DNA of 64,000 nucleotides from Minisyncoccota bacterium (GCA_028711505.1 JAQTSC010000001.1:56447-120446), one strand, 5' to 3'; shown: positions 44,038 to 54,409, numbered from the stretch's first letter. The notes: generated from the letters alone by a model not told the origin. A program made the numbers and translations.

Positions 44038-45855
44038 ATGTTTAAGCTCAAAGCAAAATTCAAGCCGGCAGGCGATCAGCCCGAAGCCATAAAAAAACTG
44101 ATAAAGGGCGTAGACAAAGGTTTTAGATACCAGACTCTTTTGGGTGTTACCGGAAGCGGGAAAACTTTTACCGTGGCGAACGTGATAGAAAAAATAAATA
44201 AACCGACGCTTGTTATCGCTCCAAATAAAACCCTTGCCGCCCAGCTTTATCGCGAGTATAAAGATTTTTTTCCTGAAAACAAAGTCTGCTATTTCGTCTC
44301 TTATTACGACTATTACCAGCCTGAAGCGTATTTGCCGGTTTCCGATACTTATATACAAAAAGAGGCGATGATAAACGATGAGATAGACCGATTGCGGCAC
44401 GAAGCGACCTCGGCGCTTCTTTCCAGAAAAGACGTTATTATTGTGGCGTCGGTTTCCTGCATTTATAATTTAGGCGTTCCCGGAAAGTATCTTGAAACGA
44501 GCATAAAGATTGAAAAAGGAAAACCGATTACCCGCGGCGATCTCATTCGCCAGTTTATAAGAATTTATTTTGAGAGAAACAATATTGCCGTATTAAAAAG
44601 AGGTCAATTCAGGGTGCGCGGAGATGTTTTTGAATTTATGCCGGCATCGGAAGATGTAATTTATAGAATTATTTTGGATGGACAAAAAACCGGTAAAATT
44701 GCCAAAGTTGACCCGATAACAAGAAAAGAAATTGGGGAGCTTGAAGAGCTCGCAATTTTTCCATCAAAACATTTTATTACTCCTGTTCCGGAAAGAGAGC
44801 GCGCGGTATCGGATATAAAAAAGGAATTGAGAGAGCGGCTGGCGTATTTTAAAAAGAATAATCTTTATTTGGAAATAGAGCGTCTTGAAAAGCGCACGCG
44901 CGAAGATTTGGAAATGATAAGACGCGTTGGTTATTGTCATGGAATTGAAAATTATTCGCGGCATTTGAGCGGAAAACTGGCGGGCGAAGCGCCTGATACT
45001 TTGCTTGCGTATTTTGGCCAGCCTGATGAATTTCTAACGGTTATAGATGAATCGCATTTGGCGGTGCCGCAGATTCGGGGAATGTTTGAAGGCGACAGAA
45101 GCAGGAAACAGATTTTAGCGGAGCATGGCTGGCGCTTGCCGTCTGCCTTGGATAACAGACCTCTTAATTTTAAAGAATTTCAGGCGAGAATAGGCCAGGT
45201 CATTTTTACTTCGGCAACTCCGGCTGAATTTGAGGCGAAAAATTCGGAGCAAGTTATTGAGCAGATTATTCGGCCAACAGGGCTTATTGATCCGGAAATT
45301 TATGTGCGTCCGGTTTATAACGAAAAAACGAATTACAGCCAAATAGATGACGTTGTTAAAGAAATTGAAAAGACCGCGGCAAAAAAAGGACGAGTTATGG
45401 TCACGACATTGACCAAAAAAATGTCCGAAGAGCTTTCGGATTATTTTGCTAAAAAGAAAATAAAATCGCGATATATGCACAGCGACATAAAAACTCTTGA
45501 GCGCGCCGATATTTTGATGGATTTTAGAAAAGGAGAGTTTGACGTGCTTGTCGGGATAAATCTTTTACGCGAGGGTTTGGATTTGCCCGAAGTGGAGCTT
45601 GTGGCGATTTTGGATGCCGACAGCATGGGATTTTTGAGAAATCAGACCTCGCTTATTCAGACCATTGGCAGGGCGGCTAGAAATTCCAAAGCGCGGGTGA
45701 TTCTTTACGCCGACAGAATGACAGATGCGCTAAAAGCTGCGGTTTCCGAAACCGAAAGAAGACGCAAAATTCAGATAGCGTATAACAAAAAGCATAAAAT
45801 TACGCCAAAAACGATTATTAAAGACGTGCAGAGGTTTATTGATGTGGGTTCTTAA
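44038..45855 (+). CDS. uvrB: Excinuclease ABC subunit B
   Basis: FKLKAKFKPAGDQPEAI..., GVTGSGKTFT Walker A, helicase motifs. Start set at ATG 44038, the conserved N-terminus. Confidence 0.9.
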   Translation: MFKLKAKFKPAGDQPEAIKKLIKGVDKGFRYQTLLGVTGSGKTFTVANVIEKINKPTLVIAPNKTLAAQLYREYKDFFPENKVCYFVSYYDYYQPEAYLPVSDTYIQKEAMINDEIDRLRHEATSALLSRKDVIIVASVSCIYNLGVPGKYLETSIKIEKGKPITRGDLIRQFIRIYFERNNIAVLKRGQFRVRGDVFEFMPASEDVIYRIILDGQKTGKIAKVDPITRKEIGELEELAIFPSKHFITPVPERERAVSDIKKELRERLAYFKKNNLYLEIERLEKRTREDLEMIRRVGYCHGIENYSRHLSGKLAGEAPDTLLAYFGQPDEFLTVIDESHLAVPQIRGMFEGDRSRKQILAEHGWRLPSALDNRPLNFKEFQARIGQVIFTSATPAEFEAKNSEQVIEQIIRPTGLIDPEIYVRPVYNEKTNYSQIDDVVKEIEKTAAKKGRVMVTTLTKKMSEELSDYFAKKKIKSRYMHSDIKTLERADILMDFRKGEFDVLVGINLLREGLDLPEVELVAILDADSMGFLRNQTSLIQTIGRAARNSKARVILYADRMTDALKAAVSETERRRKIQIAYNKKHKITPKTIIKDVQRFIDVGS

Positions 45856-46015
45856 ACCTCGGGCTATATATATTTCGCGATACGCTCGCTTCGCTTCCAG
45901 CGGCTCGCTCGCTCGTCTTCGGCGAAAAAAATTTTTTGTTTTATAAATTTTAACAAAAAATACCAATCTTTTTTCGCCTTCGAATGATCTTGAAACATAT
46001 ATAGCTCGAGGTTTT
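45855..46015. repeat. About 160-bp nested imperfect palindrome (MITE-like long hairpin) in the uvrB-uvrA spacer
   Basis: Outer arms AAACCTCGGGCTATATATATTTC / GAAACATATATAGCTCGAGGTTT (2 mismatches). Inner arms GGCGAAAAAA / TTTTTTCGCC and TTTTTTGTT / AACAAAAAA around a TTATAAATTTT apex. Confidence 0.55.
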
Positions 46016-46026
46016 TAAAATAAAAC

Positions 46027-48558
46027 ATGAACGATAAAATAAAAATTCATGGGGCGCGGGTGCATAACCTCAAAAATATAGATTTGGAAATACCCAAAAA
46101 TAAATTGGTGGTTTTTACCGGTGTCTCGGGAAGCGGGAAATCGTCTTTAGCTTTTGACACTATTTTTGTGGAGGGCCAGCGAAGATATATTGAATCCCTT
46201 TCTCCTTACGCGCGGCTTTTCTTGGGTCAGGCAGACAGGCCTGATGTGGACGACATAGAAGGTCTTTCTCCTGCGATTGCCATAAATCAAAAAGCTCACG
46301 GTCATAATCCTCGTTCAATAGTGGCTACTCTTACGGAAATTTATGATTATCTTCGCGTGCTTTACGCCAGAATCGGCAAAGTTTATTGTCCGGTTTGCGG
46401 CGGCCCGATAGAAAAATTATCCAGCCAAGAAATTGTTGATGAAATAATCGAAAAAGCGAACAAAGATAAATCAGGATTTATTACGATTCTCGCGCCGGTT
46501 GTGCGCGGAAGAAAAGGCGAATATTACCAAATGCTTTATGATTTTTTGGAAAAAGGATTTAGCGAAGCGAGAATTGACGGAAAAATTTATTCTCTCCATG
46601 AAAAAGTTGAGCTGTCGCGATACAAAAACCATGATATAGAAATTATTGTTGATAAGATAATGCCTGCTTTGCCGGCAGGCGGGCCGTCTGACGCTAGTCG
46701 TTTGAACGAGGCAGTTGAAGATGCTTTGGGTTTTGCTAAGGGTTTGATTATTGCCGCCTTTACTTCGGGCCTGCCTGCCGGCAAGGCAGGCGAGAAACTT
46801 TATTCCGCAAACTGGAGCTGTCCGAAAGACGGGTTTTCTTATGAAGAAATAGAGCCGCGACTTTTTTCGTTCAATAGTCCTCACGGTGCGTGCGATGCTT
46901 GCGATGGGCTTGGCAAGAAAGATTTTTTCTCGGATGAAGTTTGTCCGAAGTGCGGCGGAAAACGTTTAAAACCGGAGGCTCTTTCAATAAGAATACATGG
47001 AAAAAACATCAGCGAAGCCATAGGAATGACAATTGACGAAGCTTATGATTTTTTCGTTAATCTTGAAAGCAAATTGAATAAAAAAGAATTAACTATTTCA
47101 AAAGAGCCCCTAAAAGAAATTGTTTCCAGGCTAGGCTTTTTGATGGAAGTAGGTCTTGATTATATCACTTTAGACAGACGGGCATCATCGCTTTCGGGCG
47201 GCGAAGCGCAAAGAATACGTTTGGCTTCGCAAATCGGCTCAAAACTTTCCGGAACTTTATATGTTTTGGACGAGCCGACTATCGGGCTTCATGAACGCGA
47301 TAACGAGCGGCTTATAAAAATGCTTAAAGAACTGAAAAATGCCGGAAATACGGTTATTGTTGTTGAACATGACGAACGCACAATAAAAGAGTCGGATTAT
47401 TTGGTTGATTTAGGGCCGGGGCCCGGCGTGCATGGCGGCGAAGTTGTTGTTCACGGAGAAACGCAAAAACTTTTAAAATCAAAAACGGCAAAGGAAGAAT
47501 CTTCCACCGTGCGGTTTTTAGCCGGTGAGGATGGAATAGAAATCGGAAAACGTCGTCCAATAATTCATCAAAAAATAAGCGTAATTGGTGCCGATGCGAA
47601 CAATCTAAAAAATATAAACGTTGATGTTCCTCTTAACAAGTTTGTCGTGCTTACAGGTGTTTCCGGAAGCGGAAAATCAACATTGCTTTATGACGTTTTG
47701 TATAAAAATATTCAATATAATTTGCGCCGCCGCGATAAAAAGTTTGAAGGAGTAAACAAAATTTTAGGGCTGGAATATCTGACGAAAATAATTGAAATAA
47801 ACCAATCTCCGATAGGAAGAACTCCGCGTTCCAATTCGGCAACCTACACCGGAATGTGGGGCTATATACGAGAAATTTTCGCTCAAATGCCCGAGGCGCG
47901 CGAGAGAGGATATAAAGCGGGCAGATTTTCTTTTAATAAACCAGGGGGTCGGTGCGAAGCCTGCGAAGGTGCCGGATTTAATCTTGTTGAAATGCATTTT
48001 CTTCCGACTATTTCCGTTCAGTGCAATGTGTGTCATGGCAAAAGATTTAATCGCGAAACCTTGGAAGTGAAGTATAAAGGAAAAAATATTGCCGATGTTT
48101 TGGATATGACGGTCGAAGAAGCCGAGAAATTTTTCAGCGAGTTCTATCACATAAGCGATAAACTAAAAGTGATGAAAGAGGTGGGGCTTGGGTATATAAA
48201 ACTTGGACAACCGGCAACGACTCTTTCTGGCGGCGAAGCGCAGAGAGTAAAACTTTCAGCCGAGCTTTCGCGGCCGATGACCAGAAACGCGATCTATCTT
48301 TTAGATGAACCGTCAACCGGGTTGCACTACGATGACATCAAAATGCTCATTTCTGTTTTGCAGAAAATTGTTGATAAAGGGAATACAGTTGTTGTGATTG
48401 AGCATAATATGCACATAATAAAAACAGCGGACTACGTGATTGATTTGGGGCCCGAGGGAGGCGAAAAAGGAGGCAAGGTGGTGGCTAAAGGCACTCCTGA
48501 AGAAGTGGCGCGAAACGATAAATCGCACACGGGGAAGTATCTGAAGAAGTATTTATAA
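46027..48558 (+). CDS. uvrA: Excinuclease ABC subunit A
   Basis: Two ABC ATPase modules ([14 protein letters not shown]; [13 protein letters not shown]) and zinc fingers (CPVCGG; CDACDGLG; CEACEGAG...CNVCHGKR). 843 aa. Confidence 0.9.
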   Translation: MNDKIKIHGARVHNLKNIDLEIPKNKLVVFTGVSGSGKSSLAFDTIFVEGQRRYIESLSPYARLFLGQADRPDVDDIEGLSPAIAINQKAHGHNPRSIVATLTEIYDYLRVLYARIGKVYCPVCGGPIEKLSSQEIVDEIIEKANKDKSGFITILAPVVRGRKGEYYQMLYDFLEKGFSEARIDGKIYSLHEKVELSRYKNHDIEIIVDKIMPALPAGGPSDASRLNEAVEDALGFAKGLIIAAFTSGLPAGKAGEKLYSANWSCPKDGFSYEEIEPRLFSFNSPHGACDACDGLGKKDFFSDEVCPKCGGKRLKPEALSIRIHGKNISEAIGMTIDEAYDFFVNLESKLNKKELTISKEPLKEIVSRLGFLMEVGLDYITLDRRASSLSGGEAQRIRLASQIGSKLSGTLYVLDEPTIGLHERDNERLIKMLKELKNAGNTVIVVEHDERTIKESDYLVDLGPGPGVHGGEVVVHGETQKLLKSKTAKEESSTVRFLAGEDGIEIGKRRPIIHQKISVIGADANNLKNINVDVPLNKFVVLTGVSGSGKSTLLYDVLYKNIQYNLRRRDKKFEGVNKILGLEYLTKIIEINQSPIGRTPRSNSATYTGMWGYIREIFAQMPEARERGYKAGRFSFNKPGGRCEACEGAGFNLVEMHFLPTISVQCNVCHGKRFNRETLEVKYKGKNIADVLDMTVEEAEKFFSEFYHISDKLKVMKEVGLGYIKLGQPATTLSGGEAQRVKLSAELSRPMTRNAIYLLDEPSTGLHYDDIKMLISVLQKIVDKGNTVVVIEHNMHIIKTADYVIDLGPEGGEKGGKVVAKGTPEEVARNDKSHTGKYLKKYL

Positions 48559-48574
48559 AGCACTAATTTTATGT

Positions 48575-48603
48575 TTGACAAATAGCTAAAAATAAGGTAA
48601 TCT
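48575..48603 (+). promoter_or_regulatory. Candidate promoter (TTGACA - 17 nt - TAATCT)
   Basis: Read directly upstream of the 48675 gene. Confidence 0.45.
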
Positions 48604-48674
48604 TCTGTCAAATTTGTTGTTTGAAAATTGCGAAATGTACACGAAAACAGAATAAAAGGAAAGGAGGTTGGGAT

Positions 48675-49241
48675 ATGGAGCGTTATTATGGAAAGATTGC
48701 GTTAGCGTTTATTATTGCCCTTGTCGGGATTATGGGTTTTTTGCTTTCTCATTCCCGGGGCCCTTTTGGTCTTCCCAAAGAGCCGGTTATGATTGTTGAC
48801 CGTTATGTTGCGACATGGGGTGGATCGGTGAATACAAGAATGACTGTCACGCGGCAAGATGGGAAAATAGACTCTTATAAAGTTTTCCCGTCAAGTGAAT
48901 GGTTGGCTTGCAGAATTGATTACATTCCGTTCGGTTCTTACGGTATTTTGGTTGAAGACGCGGAAGGGAGATTGTGGTTTAAGCCGGCCCAAAGAACTTT
49001 TAATGTGAAAAGCTGGATTTTCGCGGTTGAAGTCGTCTACGATTGTGGAGGTGCTGTAAAAGTCAAGCTGAAAGATGGTTCAAAGATTTGGGCTTACAAT
49101 AATTTTCTCGGTAATTCCTACGTCGGCTATAGACTCAAGGAAGGGGCTGTGGGTGCTGTAGAGATAGAGGCAGATGGAGTTGGTTGGTTTGTCTCGAACG
49201 AAGCTCTTGAGTGGAATTTATGGACCTCTCGGCTTTCCTAG
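48675..49241 (+). CDS. Membrane-anchored hypothetical protein
   Basis: Start at MERYYGK (RBS AAAGGAGG 8 nt upstream), one TM helix, then a beta-rich extracytoplasmic domain. Lies between uvrA and uvrC. Confidence 0.5.
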   Translation: MERYYGKIALAFIIALVGIMGFLLSHSRGPFGLPKEPVMIVDRYVATWGGSVNTRMTVTRQDGKIDSYKVFPSSEWLACRIDYIPFGSYGILVEDAEGRLWFKPAQRTFNVKSWIFAVEVVYDCGGAVKVKLKDGSKIWAYNNFLGNSYVGYRLKEGAVGAVEIEADGVGWFVSNEALEWNLWTSRLS

Positions 49242-49259
49242 CCCTCTAATGAGTCTGAT

Positions 49260-49305
49260 GGGTCGGGTCGGATATTTTTTTCCGAGCCCGGCCCTTTGTT
49301 TTTAA
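49260..49305 (+). terminator. Terminator-like GC hairpin plus T-tract
   Basis: GGGTCGGGTCGG...CCGAGCCCGGCCC followed by TTTGTTTTT. Confidence 0.5.
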
Positions 49306-49343
49306 AATTTAAATATTTTTAAATATTAAGGTAATCTAAACTT

Positions 49344-50516
49344 ATGAAAGTTTTGAATACCAAAACCAAAGATTTTTTGAAAAAACTTCCGAACGCGGCG
49401 GGTGTTTATATTTTCCGCGACAAAGCCAAAAAAATTATTTATATTGGCCGCGCGGCTTCTTTACGAAGTCGGGTCTCATCGTATTTTAGAAAAAACAGCT
49501 TGGAATACGTCCGCCCCGCGGAACTTTTTTCTTCAGAAATAGTGTTTGTTTCTTTTACAAAAACCCCAACGCTTCTTGAAGCGGCGATTTTGGAAAATAA
49601 TCTGATAAAGAAACACAGGCCGAAATATAATATAAAAGATAAAGACGACAGGTCCTTTGTTTATGTGTTTTTTGATATGAAAACCGATTATCCGAAACCG
49701 ATTATAATAAGAGGCAGGGAACTTGAAAAACATTCGCCAAAAGGGGTTGTTATTGGTCCTTTCCGAAGCCAGGCCTTTCTTAAAAAAATTTTACTTTCGG
49801 CGCGGAGAATTTTTCCGTATTCAACGTGTCGGCCGAATTCAGGCAAGCCGTGTTTTCATTATCAGATAGGGCTTTGCCTAGGCGTGTGCGTGGGAGAAAT
49901 TTTGCCGAAAGAATACAAGAGAAACATCCGTGGCCTTATCAGATTTTTAAAATCAGGAGTGCTTTCCAAAAAAGAATCAGGGAGAAAATTTGACGATACG
50001 ACATTAATTCCCGAAGAATTTATTTTCAGCTCTAAAAAATCTGGCGTTTCCCGAATAGAAGGTTATGACATCTCGCATCTTTCAGGCAAAGGCGCATACG
50101 GCGCAATGATCGTTTTTCAGAACGGAGTTTCCAAAAATTCCCATTATCGTTTATTTAAAATAAGGAATAAGGAGAAGGGGAGCGATATAGATGCATTAAA
50201 AGAAGTTTTGGAGCGTAGAATTAAACATAGAGAGTGGCAATATCCGGATTTGATTGTCGTTGACGGAGGTGTCGCGCAAGTTCATTTGGCTGCAAGAGTT
50301 TTACGCTTAGTCGGATTAAAAATTCCAGTCGTCGGTCTAAGCAAGGCCGGGCTTCACTCGGCATCGGCCTCAAGACAGGACAAACTTGTTTTTTCGGCAG
50401 CCATAAAAAAGCCGGTTCGCGAGATGATTATTTCGCAGAAAAAACTTTTACAGCAAGTCCGCAACGAAGCGCACAGATTCTCACTTAGGGCACAAAAAAA
50501 ATCGAGGAGAATATGA
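49344..50516 (+). CDS. uvrC: Excinuclease ABC subunit C, minimal form (GIY-YIG + Cys-rich + RNase H-like endonuclease domains; no UvrBC-interaction or HhH domains)
   Basis: GIY-YIG (GVYIFRDKAKKIIYIGRAASLRSRV), UvrC Cys region (CFHYQIGLCLGVC), and C-terminal EGYDISHLSG...DLIVVDGGVAQV...VVGLSKAG endonuclease domain. Only 390 aa. Confidence 0.7.
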   Translation: MKVLNTKTKDFLKKLPNAAGVYIFRDKAKKIIYIGRAASLRSRVSSYFRKNSLEYVRPAELFSSEIVFVSFTKTPTLLEAAILENNLIKKHRPKYNIKDKDDRSFVYVFFDMKTDYPKPIIIRGRELEKHSPKGVVIGPFRSQAFLKKILLSARRIFPYSTCRPNSGKPCFHYQIGLCLGVCVGEILPKEYKRNIRGLIRFLKSGVLSKKESGRKFDDTTLIPEEFIFSSKKSGVSRIEGYDISHLSGKGAYGAMIVFQNGVSKNSHYRLFKIRNKEKGSDIDALKEVLERRIKHREWQYPDLIVVDGGVAQVHLAARVLRLVGLKIPVVGLSKAGLHSASASRQDKLVFSAAIKKPVREMIISQKKLLQQVRNEAHRFSLRAQKKSRRI

Positions 50517-51568
50517 AAAAAATAGTTAAAAAATTAAAAGTTTTTGTCGCAATGTCTGGCGGAGTTGATTCGTCGGTTTCGGCGGCGTTGCTGAAAAAAC
50601 AAGGCTATGATGTTTACGGGGTTTTTATAAAAGGATGGTATCCGCAGGGGATTCCGTGTGATTGGCGAAATGACAGACGGGATGCTATGCGTGTGGCGGC
50701 GAAGTTGGATATTCCTTTTTATACTTTTGATTTTGAAAAAGAATATAAAAAATGGGTGATAGATTATATGATTCGCGAATATAAGGCCGGCAGGACGCCA
50801 AATCCGGATATCATGTGCAATAAACACGTGAAGTTTGACGCGTTTTTGAAAAAAGCGTTAAAAATGGGAGCGGACATGATCGCTACGGGTCATTATGTAA
50901 AAATTCAAAATTCTAAATTAAAAATTTCTAAAGATAAAAATAAAGATCAAAGTTATTTTTTGTGGACGTTAAAACAGGAGCAGTTAAAACATTGCCTTTT
51001 TCCGGTTGGCGGTTATGAAAAAACAGAAGTGCGAAAAGTGGCGGAAAAGTTTAGTTTGCCTGTGGCAAAAAAACCGGATAGCCAGGGGCTTTGTTTTGTC
51101 GGTGAATTCAAGCTTGAAGATTTTCTTAAAAAATACATCAAGCCAAAACCCGGAAAAATTATTGATGAAAAAGGAAAAGTTTTAGGCGAGCATAAAGGAA
51201 TTCATTATTACACAATAGGGCAGAGGCAGGGCCTGAATCTAGCGGCAGGAATTCCATATTATATTGTAGAAAAAGATGTAAAGAAAAATATTTTGGTGGT
51301 AGCTTCCGGAAAAAACGAAAAAGATTTTTATAGGAAAGAAGTTAAAATTTCTGATGTAAATTGGATTTTGGAAAAACAACCCAGCGTTTCTAAAAAATAT
51401 TTAGCAAGAATTCGATATCGCCAACCCCTTCAAAAATGCCGGATTATAAAAATTTCAGGTTCTAAAATTAAAGTTTCGTTTGTTCAACCCCAGCGCGCCG
51501 TAGCTCCCGGCCAATCGCTTGTTTTATATGATAAAAACGAGCTTTTGGGAGGTGGAATAATTGTTTAA
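50513..51568 (+). CDS. mnmA: tRNA-specific 2-thiouridylase
   Basis: PP-loop VAMSGGVDSSVSA with catalytic Cys context (DIMCNKHVKFD, QGLCFVG). ATGA overlap with uvrC. Confidence 0.9.
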   Translation: MKKIVKKLKVFVAMSGGVDSSVSAALLKKQGYDVYGVFIKGWYPQGIPCDWRNDRRDAMRVAAKLDIPFYTFDFEKEYKKWVIDYMIREYKAGRTPNPDIMCNKHVKFDAFLKKALKMGADMIATGHYVKIQNSKLKISKDKNKDQSYFLWTLKQEQLKHCLFPVGGYEKTEVRKVAEKFSLPVAKKPDSQGLCFVGEFKLEDFLKKYIKPKPGKIIDEKGKVLGEHKGIHYYTIGQRQGLNLAAGIPYYIVEKDVKKNILVVASGKNEKDFYRKEVKISDVNWILEKQPSVSKKYLARIRYRQPLQKCRIIKISGSKIKVSFVQPQRAVAPGQSLVLYDKNELLGGGIIV

Positions 51569-51587
51569 ATTCTGATAGCATAAAATA

Positions 51588-53204
51588 ATGAATTCCGAAG
51601 AAATCCGGGAAAAATTTCTGGAATTTTTTGAAAAGAACGGGCACAAAATTATTCCATCGTCTTCGCTTATCCCGACCGATCCGTCGGTTCTTTTGACTAC
51701 TGCCGGAATGCAGCAATTTAAGCCCTATTATCTTGGAGAAAAATCCCCTTATGGCGATAAGGTTTGTTCTGTTCAGAAATGTTTTAGAACTTCTGACATA
51801 GATGAAGTCGGCGATGAGAGGCACCTGACTTTTTTTGAGATGCTTGGCAATTTTTCGTTTAATAACGCTTGCTCCAAAAAAGAAGCGATTGAATTAGCGT
51901 ATGAATTTATAACGAAAGAGATGGAGTTGGAAATTGATTATGTTTCGGTTTTTGGAGGCGAGGGAAATTTGACAGCGGACAAAAAATCGGAGGAAATTTG
52001 GAAACAGGTAGATTCCAGTTTGGAAGTTAAAAAATTTGGGAAAGAAGATAATTTTTGGGGTCCGACAGGAGATGAAGGCCCGTGCGGTCCGACAACGGAA
52101 ATTTATGTAAACGGAATTGAAATTTGGAACATCGTTTTTAATGAATATTACAAAAACAAAGATGGAAAATACGAGCGTTTAGAAACCCTCGGGGTTGATA
52201 CAGGAATGGGTCTGGAGCGGCTGGCGATGGTATCACAGAATAAAAATAATGTTTTTGAAAATGACTTGTTTGAGCCGATAATGCAGGCGGTTTCAAATAA
52301 TAGAATTATCGCTGACCATTTGCGGGGAGCGGTATTTTTGCTTGCCGATGGAATTACGCCATCAAATTTGGGACGAGGTTATATTTTGCGGCGTTTGATA
52401 AGACGGGTGATGGCAAAAGGTTTTGGCGATAAAATGGAAAATATCGCGGACATTGTGATAGAAAATTACGGAAATTTTTATCCGGAGCTGGAACAGAATA
52501 AAAATAATGTTTTTGAAGAATTTAAAAAAGAAAAGGAAGCTTTTGAAAAAACTTTGGAAAAAGGAATGAAAGAATTGCAGAAAATGGGGCAAAAAATCTC
52601 TGGAGAACAAGCGTTTTTATTATTTTCCACTTATGGATTTCCGTTAGAACTTATAAAAGAATCGGTTAAGGAGGTTGATGAGGCGAGTTTCCAAAAAGAA
52701 TTTGAAAAGCACCAGGAACTTTCACGCACCGCGTCCGCGGGAATGTTTAAGTCGGGCTTAGCCGGTCATTCGGAACAGGAAATAAAATATCATACCGCTT
52801 CGCACCTTTTGCTCGCGGCTTTAAGAAAAGTTTTGGGCGAAAGCGTTTCGCAAAAGGGTTCAAACATTACACCGGAAAGACTGCGTCTGGATTTTTCCTG
52901 GTCTGAAAAATTAACGGATGAACAAAAAACGCAAGTTGAAAAACTTGTTAATGAAAAAATAGCTGAAAACCTGTCCGTGTTGCGCGAGGAAATGACTTTG
53001 GATGAAGCGAAAAACAGCGGAGCTCTTGGGGTTTTTGAACATAAATACGGCGAAAAAGTAAGCGTTTATTCAATTTCCGATTTCAGCAAAGAAATATGCG
53101 GAGGACCGCACGTGGAAAACACCTGCGTGTTGGGAAAATTTAAAATTATAAAAGAGGAAGCGGTGTCTGCCGGAGTAAGGAGAATAAAAGCGATTTTGGA
53201 ATAA
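51588..53204 (+). CDS. alaS: Alanyl-tRNA synthetase, compact 538-aa form lacking the C-Ala domain
   Basis: AlaRS catalytic N-terminus (FLEFFEKNGHKIIPSSSLIP...TTAGMQQFKPYYLG), editing HxxxH (HTASHLLLAALRKVLG) and CxxxH (CGGPHVENT). Ends shortly after the editing core. Confidence 0.85.
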   Translation: MNSEEIREKFLEFFEKNGHKIIPSSSLIPTDPSVLLTTAGMQQFKPYYLGEKSPYGDKVCSVQKCFRTSDIDEVGDERHLTFFEMLGNFSFNNACSKKEAIELAYEFITKEMELEIDYVSVFGGEGNLTADKKSEEIWKQVDSSLEVKKFGKEDNFWGPTGDEGPCGPTTEIYVNGIEIWNIVFNEYYKNKDGKYERLETLGVDTGMGLERLAMVSQNKNNVFENDLFEPIMQAVSNNRIIADHLRGAVFLLADGITPSNLGRGYILRRLIRRVMAKGFGDKMENIADIVIENYGNFYPELEQNKNNVFEEFKKEKEAFEKTLEKGMKELQKMGQKISGEQAFLLFSTYGFPLELIKESVKEVDEASFQKEFEKHQELSRTASAGMFKSGLAGHSEQEIKYHTASHLLLAALRKVLGESVSQKGSNITPERLRLDFSWSEKLTDEQKTQVEKLVNEKIAENLSVLREEMTLDEAKNSGALGVFEHKYGEKVSVYSISDFSKEICGGPHVENTCVLGKFKIIKEEAVSAGVRRIKAILE

Positions 53205-53236
53205 CTCAATTTGTGATAAAATATACTTAATAAAAA

Positions 53237-54391
53237 ATGTCTGGCAACGGCACACCTATCGCTGTTTTTGACATAGCAAGCGCTTCTGTGGGCGGGCTGT
53301 TATTCCGCGTGAAAAAAGATTGCGGAGTTGAAATTTTAACCAGCGTCCGCCTGCCCGTGAATTTTTCAAAAGACGAGAAAAGGACGCGGCTTTGGCAAAA
53401 TCTAAAAGACGGAGTCAAGGCGGTCTCAGAACAGCTGAAAAAATCGCCGTTTCCCAAACCGGAAGCGGCTTTATGCGTTTTTTCATCGCCATGGTACGCA
53501 GGGCAGACAAAAATAATAAAAGTAAAAAGAGAAATACCGTTTAAAATAGACGAAAAATTGCTTGAAAGTCTGACGAAAGACGAGATGGGTATTTTTGAAA
53601 AAAGCTGGGCTGACACCAAAGACGGCAATGCTCAGTTTCTTGAACATACGCCAACGAAAGCGGTTTTAAACGGTTATGATATAAAAGATATTTTTGGAAA
53701 AACGGCCAAAGCCGCGGAGCTGCATTTATATTTAAGCATTATACCCGGCGAACTTGAAAATAAAATAAAAAAAGAAATCCTAAACGACCTAAAACCGGAC
53801 TCGATTAAACTTCATAGTTTTGCATTCGCTTTTTTCAAAGTGATGGAGAATCTTATTGATATGGAAAAAGGCGCGATGTTTGTGGATATCACCGGAGATA
53901 TTACGGACGTGATTGTTTTTCGCGAACATTCAATAGAAGAAATTTGTTCTTTTCCGAAAGGCGAAAAATTTTTCGCGAGAAGAATAGCCAGCGCTCTGAA
54001 TTTGGACGAGACTGACGCTTCCAACCGTTTAATACAGTACCAGCGAGGAGAATTAGACCAGTATTACGGACAAAAGATAAAACTTGTTTTGGAATCTGCC
54101 GCTGAGGAATGGGGTAAAAGTATGGAAAGTCTTTTTGAGGAAATGTCCAAAGACAGGCTTTTACCGCAGAATCTTTATTTTTGCGGTCAGGCAGTTTCTT
54201 TTCCCGAGATAACAGCACAATTTTCTAAGAGAAATTTCGCCAGGTTCACAAATTTGGGCATGCCTTTTGAAACGCAATATCTGCTTCCAGAATCTCTTAA
54301 GTATCATTTTGATTTTCCTCAGGGGTTTTCCGGCAATAAAGATATTTTTCTTTTACTTGAAGCTCTTTTTGCTTCAACATTTGTTTTTTGA
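53237..54391 (+). CDS. Actin-like ATPase of the FtsA/PilM family (tentative)
   Basis: N-terminal phosphate-1-like IAVFDIASASVGG and a second phosphate motif AMFVDITGDITDVIVF, resembling the FtsA/PilM DIGGGTTD segment. No ftsZ is adjacent. Confidence 0.4.
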   Translation: MSGNGTPIAVFDIASASVGGLLFRVKKDCGVEILTSVRLPVNFSKDEKRTRLWQNLKDGVKAVSEQLKKSPFPKPEAALCVFSSPWYAGQTKIIKVKREIPFKIDEKLLESLTKDEMGIFEKSWADTKDGNAQFLEHTPTKAVLNGYDIKDIFGKTAKAAELHLYLSIIPGELENKIKKEILNDLKPDSIKLHSFAFAFFKVMENLIDMEKGAMFVDITGDITDVIVFREHSIEEICSFPKGEKFFARRIASALNLDETDASNRLIQYQRGELDQYYGQKIKLVLESAAEEWGKSMESLFEEMSKDRLLPQNLYFCGQAVSFPEITAQFSKRNFARFTNLGMPFETQYLLPESLKYHFDFPQGFSGNKDIFLLLEALFASTFVF

Positions 54392-54409
54392 ATGTTAGAA
54401 TAAAAAAAC

